Origin: a virus
Lineage: Duplodnaviria; Caudoviricetes
IMG/VR virus record: IMGVR_UViG_3300037962_000510
Coordinates: 1 to 46,029 of that record
Strand: one strand, 5' to 3'
DNA length: 46,029 nucleotides
In this document: positions 1-7,933 of the stretch, one piece after another
Layout of the letters: each line of letters opens with the position of its first letter
Numbering within the stretch: position 1 is the first letter of the stretch
The notes under the pieces: model-generated
What the model saw: only the letters and a program-made list of their open reading frames with translations
The model's database searches: none
What the model was told of the DNA's origin: nothing
Translations under genes and position numbers: made by a program

Positions 1-2
1 TA

Positions 3-155
3 GGGTACATAGCTGAAGCCCCCGTTTTTTCTGATAATCCTTGGAATTTTGAAGAGCCAGAGCCAGAAGAAGAGCCGTCGTTTTTCGACCAAGTGATTAG
101 TACATTACAGACCACCGGGTATGGGCTCAAGCATCTGCTTAGAGGGAATAGATAG
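3..155 (+). CDS. 3' end of a gene truncated by the window edge (hypothetical)
   Basis: Open frame from position 3 (GYIAEAPVFSDNPW...KHLLRGNR*) ending at TAG 153-155, which overlaps the GTG start of the next ORF; not in the ORF track. Confidence 0.7.
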   Translation, partial: GYIAEAPVFSDNPWNFEEPEPEEEPSFFDQVISTLQTTGYGLKHLLRGNR

Positions 156-1030
156 TGGATTGGTTTCTTGAGCTTTTAGCTAAATTTAGATCGGATGAAA
201 ACCTTCAACAGGAACAGCCTCGCCAACATGCTCGTCCACATCCGGGGTGGATGCTACCTGACACGCTTCCGACTGAAGATTGGGAGCAAATGCTGTGGGA
301 TTCTGGGCACCGCGACAAACCTGATAGAGCTCAATATTCTCCCTCAAGACTTTATGGTCTGTGGGATAGTTTACAAACTACTGCTCAAAGTGCAGCCCCC
401 GACAGACTTGTGCCGAGAGTTGCAAGAGCAGACGAATTACTTGACTGGACTAGATCTCTGTCGGCGGAAGTACCAGAGGAATACTTCAGAGGGGAGCTGA
501 TGCCAACTATGGAATCAGGCGCATATTTATACGATCCCGATGGCGAAACAACCCCCGTAATATTTATACAACCCCACCAACTGTACGGGGCGGCTAGTGC
601 AACTGGTTTTCCTAGCCATGAAATTACTCGCCGTCCTTCTGTTGATCCAGAAAACGATCCCGCAAGAGGGACGCTTATACATGAGATGATGCATCACATA
701 TCGCCCGAGAGGGACGAATATGACTATTATGCTAGAGCACATGGTCCCTACCCCTATTCAGCAAATGTACTCCACGCTGCGTTTGATGCACTTGCTTCAG
801 TACCGCAAGGAGACACTGTGGATATTGATGAGGTTGCATTTGATGTAGTAGTGGATTACCCTAAATATAAGAGCTTAGGAGCTGGGTCACGAGATCTATC
901 GAGGAAGGACGCAAAAGAGTCAGTGGAGTGGCTGGCGCAGCAGGATCCGTTCAGGGGTAGCATAACTCTCGAAGAAGAGAATATAGTTAGTAAAATACTT
1001 AGTTTACTTGGACTCGGAGGAAACAGATGA
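155..1030 (+). CDS. Putative zincin-like metallopeptidase
   Basis: GTLIHEMMHH contains a HExxH motif; 291 aa; translationally coupled to both neighbours. Confidence 0.55.
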   Translation: MDWFLELLAKFRSDENLQQEQPRQHARPHPGWMLPDTLPTEDWEQMLWDSGHRDKPDRAQYSPSRLYGLWDSLQTTAQSAAPDRLVPRVARADELLDWTRSLSAEVPEEYFRGELMPTMESGAYLYDPDGETTPVIFIQPHQLYGAASATGFPSHEITRRPSVDPENDPARGTLIHEMMHHISPERDEYDYYARAHGPYPYSANVLHAAFDALASVPQGDTVDIDEVAFDVVVDYPKYKSLGAGSRDLSRKDAKESVEWLAQQDPFRGSITLEEENIVSKILSLLGLGGNR

Positions 1031-1551
1031 ACATAGAATTCAGAACACAACCAGCACCAACGATTCCTGATCATATCGCAGAGGCGTTACGTGAAATGTC
1101 TCCTGAGGTATTTCTTATCTGGAATCCTAAGATGTATGAAAGAAAAGATAAGACACTCATAGACGGATCTCATCCTTGGGAAGGGAGATGGGAGATCTGG
1201 ATAGAGCTACAGCCCAGCACACATAAGGATGCCACTAATGAGTTAGCAGAAACTGATAAGTGGAATACCGATAGACAGTGTTGGATGCGTAGACTACAAG
1301 CCTATGAGACTGAAGACAAACAATACGCACCGCTAGACTGGGGGCTAATCATAGGCCTTGAGATGGCGGACACTAGACGTAATCGCCGCTTTTACGAAGA
1401 GCACATTGAAGACGCATGGGAAGAAGAGTTAGAGGCCGCTGATCGCAAGAGGGCGAGCCTTTGGAAGGGTGTGGCAAATTACTATAAAAACTTTAACAAT
1501 GTCTCCGTCGGTCAGTATGTTAATTCTGGCTGGAGACAAGGAGTATCATAA
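1027..1551 (+). CDS. Hypothetical phage protein (Trp-rich)
   Basis: GGAGG SD, ATGA overlap, 174 aa; no recognisable motif. Confidence 0.75.
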   Translation: MNIEFRTQPAPTIPDHIAEALREMSPEVFLIWNPKMYERKDKTLIDGSHPWEGRWEIWIELQPSTHKDATNELAETDKWNTDRQCWMRRLQAYETEDKQYAPLDWGLIIGLEMADTRRNRRFYEEHIEDAWEEELEAADRKRASLWKGVANYYKNFNNVSVGQYVNSGWRQGVS

Positions 1552-1796
1552 TGCCGTTATATGGATGGGCAGGACCCGGTAAGATGCGCCCTATGGAGCA
1601 TCACCCCATTACTGCACCTAAGATTGAAGAACCTGCTGAACCTGCAGCTATGCCGGATACATTTTTTGAGTGTAGCGTTTGCGACAAACGCTTTAAAAAA
1701 GCAATGATTGCAGCTAGGCATTTTAATTCAGCTCACTCGGAAATGAAGGTTGATAAAGACACGTGGAGAGATTATGTTAAAGAGACCTCTGAGTAA
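1551..1796 (+). CDS. Small C2H2 zinc-finger protein
   Basis: FECSVCDKRFKKAMIAARHFNSAH = F-x-C-x2-C-x3-F-x7-H-x4-H; AGGAG SD. Confidence 0.7.
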   Translation: MPLYGWAGPGKMRPMEHHPITAPKIEEPAEPAAMPDTFFECSVCDKRFKKAMIAARHFNSAHSEMKVDKDTWRDYVKETSE

Positions 1797-1808
1797 GCTA
1801 ATTGGGTA

Positions 1809-2765
1809 ATGGATAAGGAACTAGAAGAACTCGAAAGACTATTGGCGCTCCTAGGCGGTACAGGAGTACAACAAGACGCTACAGCCAACCCTCCAACTCA
1901 GGGCGGTAGTGGTACTATAGATATTGATTTCGGGGAACTTCTTGGTAAGGTTGCTGAAAATGTAGTCTTAGGTCAAGATCCTACAGGCGCAAGCTCATTA
2001 TTTCAAGATCCTGAGCGTGAGATGCTTGGACTTCAACTTATGGCGGGAATACTAGGTCCGGGTCTTCCAGCAGGTGCCGCTGCGAAAATACTTGGCAAGG
2101 CTGATGAGATGCTCATAGGTCTGAGAAAGATAGTAGAAAGGGGGGATATGATTATTGAGCCGGATGAATACATTAAAGCTCTAGACGAAATTGTTGACGA
2201 GAGACAACATATTGGTGAAGCTATACACGGTGCGAACACTGAGGTTGTTGGGAGATTCGTTAGGCCGGAAAAATATCCTGAAGAAGTTGTAGGTCAGTTT
2301 ACTCGTAGGGAGGATGGTAGACGTAGATACATGAGTTCTATGGATGATCTAGGGTTCGAGCTTGAACACCTCGGTGCCGAGTTTATGGAGTATACCCCCT
2401 ATGCAATTCAGGACCAAATGAATCGTGGGCAAATTATGGGCAGGCTACTAACTAACCGTTCTCTCGCTGAATTAGGAGCACGAGCTGTGGTGCATGGGGA
2501 TGAGGCTGCTAAGCTAGCTTTTACTGAATTACGTCCTACAGATCTGGGTATAGATGATTTACTCGCCAAAAAAGCCCGTGGAGAGAAATATCTTGACATC
2601 TTCGAAGGTCCTGACGGACTTAGTAATTACCAACTACTAGAGTATATGGGGCCTCATAAGGAAGGTCTGGCGAAGTTTTACGATCCCTTCGCTGCAGAAG
2701 CGGCACTGGGGAGAAATTTGTCGGATGTTACTCTATATGATTTCCTTCTAGGTCTAGGGAGATAA
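1809..2765 (+). CDS. Hypothetical protein, possibly virion-associated
   Basis: 318-aa ORF in the structural region with a Gly/Ala hydrophobic stretch; no family recognised. Confidence 0.7.
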   Translation: MDKELEELERLLALLGGTGVQQDATANPPTQGGSGTIDIDFGELLGKVAENVVLGQDPTGASSLFQDPEREMLGLQLMAGILGPGLPAGAAAKILGKADEMLIGLRKIVERGDMIIEPDEYIKALDEIVDERQHIGEAIHGANTEVVGRFVRPEKYPEEVVGQFTRREDGRRRYMSSMDDLGFELEHLGAEFMEYTPYAIQDQMNRGQIMGRLLTNRSLAELGARAVVHGDEAAKLAFTELRPTDLGIDDLLAKKARGEKYLDIFEGPDGLSNYQLLEYMGPHKEGLAKFYDPFAAEAALGRNLSDVTLYDFLLGLGR

Positions 2766-2767
2766 TA

Positions 2768-3502
2768 ATGGCACTAACAGCATCCACTTTAATTGATGAC
2801 GCAATTGCCCGTGCTTACGGAAATATGGGTCCACAGAAAATTAATAAAGCTATGCTTCTTGGTGAGCTGTCATACCAAGATCAATTAGTCATGCAGATGT
2901 TAAGCCAAATTGCTCCTGACTCACTCTCTACTACTACAGGTGTGGTTACGTTAACTTCTTCAGGTAACACGAATGGATACAATCTGAATTCAGGCATTCA
3001 CTATAGAGACTTTACCCATGTAGATTCTACGGATAATGTCTACACGCCTGTCAACATGGTACAGAGACAACATCGTGATAGCTACCCAACGTCCCCTGCG
3101 GCCATGCTTAGTCTCAATGTTACAGGGGGTAAGCTGCATCCAATAGATCCAGAAGGTAAACGATGGAATACATCAGGTGATCGTGAATGGTTCGAACCCA
3201 ATAGTGGACATACGATCAGCTATTCTTATGTGCCCTTACCCAGTCGTGTCACCACACTAACGCAGACTCTATCGTCTCCCGACATGGCTCGTGAAGTTAT
3301 TGTTTCTTCATTAGAGCTACAGCTTATTATGTCTTCGTCGCAGCCCAGTGAGACTCGTATGCAGGGAGCACTTCTCAAAAGACAAGGAGCGATGGACGCT
3401 TTACGGATGCAGGCTTATAAATTCATGGCCCCACAAGGCCAACCCGGCGGTCGCCTTGGAGAGCGTAGTGACCAAGCTTGGGTAAATAGTCAGGTAGGCT
3501 GA
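2768..3502 (+). CDS. Putative head-tail adaptor / tail tubular protein
   Basis: N-terminal helix (MALTASTLIDDAIARA), beta-rich middle, YSYVPLP then helical C-terminus; lies just upstream of the nozzle gene. Confidence 0.55.
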   Translation: MALTASTLIDDAIARAYGNMGPQKINKAMLLGELSYQDQLVMQMLSQIAPDSLSTTTGVVTLTSSGNTNGYNLNSGIHYRDFTHVDSTDNVYTPVNMVQRQHRDSYPTSPAAMLSLNVTGGKLHPIDPEGKRWNTSGDREWFEPNSGHTISYSYVPLPSRVTTLTQTLSSPDMAREVIVSSLELQLIMSSSQPSETRMQGALLKRQGAMDALRMQAYKFMAPQGQPGGRLGERSDQAWVNSQVG

Positions 3503-3504
3503 TA

Positions 3505-4191
3505 ATGGCAACGGTTCAAAACATAATAGACAGGGCAGCACAGAGATCAAATCTGAATGATGCCTCATTAATTTCAAGTACGGAAGCAATTGCCTACGTC
3601 TCCTCCTTTGAGCAGCAAATTTATCTTGAGGCTGCCAGAGAGAATCCTGATTATTTTGGAAGGGAAGGTGTCTCAGCTACTCGGGGCAGTGCAACAGCAA
3701 CTTGGGATATTTCAACGACACCCGGAAACATTGCAGCAGTAAGTCGTGTAGAAATTAGTGGAGTTAACGGAGCACCGACTTCGGTTTCAGTGGGGGATGA
3801 GGTTACGATTATTTCTATTCGCAATCCCCAGCATGGTATAGCACCACGGGCGTACATACGTAACAGGACAATCCATGAGTACAACACAGAGCTACAAGAT
3901 AGTGCATCTGCCTACGCAAACCAGTTAAAGATATTCTATTCGTGGCTTCCTACCACTAGAACTGCTACTACTGATAATTTAGATTTGCCTGATGAGCACC
4001 TTGCTCTTGTAGAGTTAAAACTTGCAATGCTATTCGCTGTTCGAGATCAGCGTCCTGATGAGATTCCTGCCCTTCAGAGTGAATTTGAAATGCACTATGC
4101 TACATTCCTGCAAGCAGTAAGTGCGTTCGACGAGGCAACAGTTAGGGAATTAAGTACTGCGGCGGCAAGCTCACGTAGACTCGGAGGCTAA
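3505..4191 (+). CDS. Putative head-tail adaptor (P22 gp4 / T7 gp11-like architecture)
   Basis: MATVQNIIDRAAQRSN...LKIFYSWLP...LDLPDEHLALV pattern typical of podoviral adaptors; synteny. Confidence 0.65.
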   Translation: MATVQNIIDRAAQRSNLNDASLISSTEAIAYVSSFEQQIYLEAARENPDYFGREGVSATRGSATATWDISTTPGNIAAVSRVEISGVNGAPTSVSVGDEVTIISIRNPQHGIAPRAYIRNRTIHEYNTELQDSASAYANQLKIFYSWLPTTRTATTDNLDLPDEHLALVELKLAMLFAVRDQRPDEIPALQSEFEMHYATFLQAVSAFDEATVRELSTAAASSRRLGG

Positions 4192-4193
4192 CT

Positions 4194-7100
4194 ATGTCTG
4201 ACCTCCAGATATTCCCCATCTCAATCCCCGGCGGGATCGAGCAAAGCAGGCCAGTACCTGAACCTACAGATCTAGAAGAACTGCAGAACTTTGCTATTTA
4301 CCGCAATAGGTTAGGGCTAAGAGCACCTCTGGCTACGGTGGCTACTATTCTTAATGACCACGGCACCCCTGCTGCTGTAGATAGTATTATTGACATTACT
4401 GAGCACGACGGAAAGATGTATATTCTTTCCTATGATGACGATTTAAATCAAATTGGCCTTCACTCAATGCAAGTAGATGGCTCTAGCCTTACATACCATG
4501 CTAATGTTTACACTTCAGTATCCACCAAGCCTGATCTGATGATGGTTTCAATCACAGCGGGGGATGCTACGTCATCTCAGGATAGACTTTATATTTGTGA
4601 TTACAACCAGAACCTTGCTACTGTGTATTGGAATGGGTCATCTATCGTAGCGTTAACCCAAGACTTTGATGCAAACAGTAGCGCAGAGGCAGTTAAGTTT
4701 TCATTAATGACTACCTTTAACTTTTCGCTGTGGGGGACTGGATTCTTCGAAGGATCGACACTTCGTCCAGAAATGATACGTGTTTCCCAGCCCGGACTTA
4801 TTCCTTTTACTGATCCTGCTGGTGGTACCAATCCTCGTGAATTTCATTCTACCCACCATGAGTCATTCGGTAGACGCGGAGATAAAATCGTCGCGCTCTC
4901 ACAAGCGGGGGATCGTCTTATAGTTTTTCAGAAGCGTGCGACTCACTCACTATACGGTTCAGGAGTAGACTCATACACTACACAACAGGTATCAAATGTC
5001 ATAGGAGCGGTAGGCCCCCGTGCAGTAACTTCGGTAGACGAGCGTGTTTGCTATTTCTGGGCCTCTGACGGCCCTTACAGGACCGACGGCGTGTCACTGC
5101 AGTACATAGGGGACCCAATACGACAATTGGCCGTAGAAGTCGATGCTTCGGAAGCAGACACTCGTGTAGGCTACTCACCAGATGATGGTCTTGTGTACTT
5201 TATAGTGAGTGAGGGTGGTGCAAATAAGTATGACCTCGCACTTATATTCGATCACAGAAACGAACGGTGGATGAAAACTCAGTGGTTAGTGGGGAGTTCT
5301 GACCCTGCTGAATTTGGTGCTCTGGCTTTTATGGATAGTATAAGTGCGCCGGCACCAGCCGCTCCCCCCAGTTCTTTCGCGGCAACCGCTACAGGGCAGA
5401 GTACAATTGATCTGTCATGGACAAACACGGACACAAATGTAAATACAGTAACTCGTATCTATAGAGGTTCTGATGGATTCACCCCTAATTATGCGTCGAA
5501 CGGAATTGCTGAGTTGGCCTCAGGGGTCACAACCTACACGGATACTGGAAGATCCCCAATTACTACTTATTACTATAAGGCCAAGCACAGGAAGAACTCT
5601 CAAGACTCAACTTCATCCACTGCCCAAGTTAACGCCAAGACATGGCTTGCCGCCCCTACTGCTGCCTTGGCCGGTCTTACAGATGGTTTGACGGTCTCAG
5701 GAACTAACAATGCTAGTGGTAGTGATGTAGTAATTGAGACGAGCACGAATGGGACTTCTTGGAGTACGCTTACGACACTTAGCAATCCCGGTGGTACCTA
5801 TAGCCATGCTCATACTGGCCTTACTGTCGGCAATGTATACTACTACAGAGCAAAATCTACTAAGTCTGGTGAGACAACTTCGGCGTACTCTGACATCGTT
5901 AGCAGAGTAGCGGGTCTTGCTAGTGCTGCCCCTGCAGCCCCTACCGGGTTTTCTATTGCGGCTGGATCACCCACCACAACTAGTCTTGTTCTTTCGTGGA
6001 CTGATGCTAGTACTAATGAAGATTCGTTTAGAATTGAAAGAAGTGCAGACGACACCAGTGATTACCAACCAATTCAAGCAACTTATGCACCTAACAGCAC
6101 GAGTTTCACTGATACTGGTTTAGACAGCAACAGGACTTATCACTATAAATTGCGTTCAGAGAACACCGCAGGAGCGTCTGCTTATGTAACGGCTAACAGG
6201 GCAACAGTTCCAGATCTAGATCCCCCAGCACCAATAGAAGCGACAAGTCCTACTACTAGTACCATCACTCTTACATGGACCAATAATGCAAGCGATGCCA
6301 CTGCTATAGAGGTACACCAGTCTGAATCATCGGGTTCGGGCTATACAAAAGTGGCTGAACTATCATCAGATACGACCACTACCACAATTACTGGTCTCCA
6401 GCCCGGAACTGCGTTTTACTTTAAATTAAGAGCTAAGGTGGGATCTACTGTAGGAACTTCTTATTCTGGTGTAGTCACTCAAACCACATCTGGATCTGCC
6501 CCCTCTGCTCCCTCATGGACATCAACTTACCCCAAACAAAACAGTTCAACTCCTACCTCAGTGATTGATCTTAGCTACACTGAAGTTACCGGAGAAACTT
6601 CATATGAGATTCAACGTAAAGTTGCAAGTGCGTCGGACTGGCCCCCACTAGATGAAATTGATATTACGAGGACATCAGATTCCCATGATACCGTCTTTAC
6701 AGATACGGGACTAGCTTCGGGGGAAACATTCAAATACCGAGTAAGAGCTGTAAACAGCACTGGACCTAGTGCTTGGACAGAATCAAGTAATGTCTCTACA
6801 AGTGGGTCAACAGCAAATCCTGCAGACCCTACATCATTTACTGCAACTCCAGACGGTTCTGACACTGACGGAACAGAGATGAGTGCAGTTGCTTTAGCAT
6901 GGACAGATAATGCTACCAATGAGACTGGTTATGAAATTGAACGCTGCACAGGGGCATCGTGTTCCTCATTTAGTAGCTTAGTATCATTGGCTGCTGGTTC
7001 TACTTCGTTCAGGGACGATACGGTTACAGACAACGCTACAGCGGTTACTAAGTACCGCTACAGAGTTCGTGCTGTGAATGCTTCAGATGAATCAAACTGG

Positions 7101-7466
7101 GTCACAACATCGGACATTGATGTAGAGCCTCAAGCTACACCATCTAGTGTAACAGTATCTGATACCTCTGCATGTGTCTCTGACGTTGCTGTTCCAAAGG
7201 TACGGGTATCATGGTCTGACGGTGATACTACGGGCCTTGTAGATCGTGTAATATTAAGGTCTCAAGATGGGGTAAACTATAGCGAAGTGACAGATAATCC
7301 TACTTCCACTAGCTACCACGACGATACAACTGTTAGCTTTGGAAACAGTTATACTTATAAGGTGACTTATAAGTTTGGAACTACGGGTGAAAATACTGGA
7401 GACTTTACTTCATCCGCGAGTTCCTCTATAACTCCTGTTGACCCTAACTGCGACCCGCTTGCCTAA
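4194..7466 (+). CDS. Tail nozzle/stabilisation protein (beta-propeller) with about 7 C-terminal fibronectin type III domains
   Basis: DKIVALSQAGDRLIVFQKRATH, IGAVGPRAV, CYFWASDGPY and LIFDHRNERW resemble P22 gp10 / T7 gp12-like nozzles; repeated P-x-x-P...LSWTD...YYYR FN3 units follow. Confidence 0.7.
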   Translation: MSDLQIFPISIPGGIEQSRPVPEPTDLEELQNFAIYRNRLGLRAPLATVATILNDHGTPAAVDSIIDITEHDGKMYILSYDDDLNQIGLHSMQVDGSSLTYHANVYTSVSTKPDLMMVSITAGDATSSQDRLYICDYNQNLATVYWNGSSIVALTQDFDANSSAEAVKFSLMTTFNFSLWGTGFFEGSTLRPEMIRVSQPGLIPFTDPAGGTNPREFHSTHHESFGRRGDKIVALSQAGDRLIVFQKRATHSLYGSGVDSYTTQQVSNVIGAVGPRAVTSVDERVCYFWASDGPYRTDGVSLQYIGDPIRQLAVEVDASEADTRVGYSPDDGLVYFIVSEGGANKYDLALIFDHRNERWMKTQWLVGSSDPAEFGALAFMDSISAPAPAAPPSSFAATATGQSTIDLSWTNTDTNVNTVTRIYRGSDGFTPNYASNGIAELASGVTTYTDTGRSPITTYYYKAKHRKNSQDSTSSTAQVNAKTWLAAPTAALAGLTDGLTVSGTNNASGSDVVIETSTNGTSWSTLTTLSNPGGTYSHAHTGLTVGNVYYYRAKSTKSGETTSAYSDIVSRVAGLASAAPAAPTGFSIAAGSPTTTSLVLSWTDASTNEDSFRIERSADDTSDYQPIQATYAPNSTSFTDTGLDSNRTYHYKLRSENTAGASAYVTANRATVPDLDPPAPIEATSPTTSTITLTWTNNASDATAIEVHQSESSGSGYTKVAELSSDTTTTTITGLQPGTAFYFKLRAKVGSTVGTSYSGVVTQTTSGSAPSAPSWTSTYPKQNSSTPTSVIDLSYTEVTGETSYEIQRKVASASDWPPLDEIDITRTSDSHDTVFTDTGLASGETFKYRVRAVNSTGPSAWTESSNVSTSGSTANPADPTSFTATPDGSDTDGTEMSAVALAWTDNATNETGYEIERCTGASCSSFSSLVSLAAGSTSFRDDTVTDNATAVTKYRYRVRAVNASDESNWVTTSDIDVEPQATPSSVTVSDTSACVSDVAVPKVRVSWSDGDTTGLVDRVILRSQDGVNYSEVTDNPTSTSYHDDTTVSFGNSYTYKVTYKFGTTGENTGDFTSSASSSITPVDPNCDPLA
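5350..7440 (+). repeat. Tandem array of about 7 FN3 domains (protein-level repeat)
   Basis: Units begin AAPPSSF, LAAPTAA, PAAPTGF, LDPPAPI, PSAPSW, PADPTSF and ATPSSV; most carry L-x-W-T and Y-x-Y-x-V/L-R motifs. Confidence 0.75.
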
Positions 7467-7933
7467 TGGCTGAATCATCATTATATGCTGGAGAGAGAGA
7501 TGGAGCAAGAATATTTCGAGTGGGCAGAATTGGATTCGACGGCGGCCTGCAAGATCTTGACGCTACAACATACACGGGAACGCTCCGCACAGAAAGAATC
7601 GCTCCCGCAGGTAATGGGAGTCTCGTCAATTTCCGTAGAGTCGCCATCCATATCTTATCTTCAGGAACATACACCTTCACAGCAAAAGTCTGGGTCGATG
7701 ACGAACAAACGACTCTCGGTACTGGTAGTGTCCAGAACATTTCGATTAGCGGTGGTTCTGGGAGTCTCTCTGAAAGTACTGAAGAAATTGAAATCGAAGC
7801 GGAAGGCAGCCACATCCGAGTAGAGATTACTGCTAACTCTAATCAGATTACTGGAATATTTCTTATAGAACAGATCACTGCCCGTGGTAGAGTTATCAGA
7901 GGTAGCTCGGGTAGAACTGGCGAGACTACCTAA
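7466..7933 (+). CDS. Probable C-terminal module of the tail nozzle, encoded separately
   Basis: LYAGERDGARIFRV...GTLRTERI...VNFRRVAI...HIRVEITA resembles the last blade and C-terminal sandwich of nozzle proteins; TAATG-coupled to the previous gene. Confidence 0.5.
   Translation: MAESSLYAGERDGARIFRVGRIGFDGGLQDLDATTYTGTLRTERIAPAGNGSLVNFRRVAIHILSSGTYTFTAKVWVDDEQTTLGTGSVQNISISGGSGSLSESTEEIEIEAEGSHIRVEITANSNQITGIFLIEQITARGRVIRGSSGRTGETT

Noticed and set aside
17-31. GC run followed by a T-tract resembling a terminator
   Set aside because: No convincing stem, and it lies inside the open frame 3..155.
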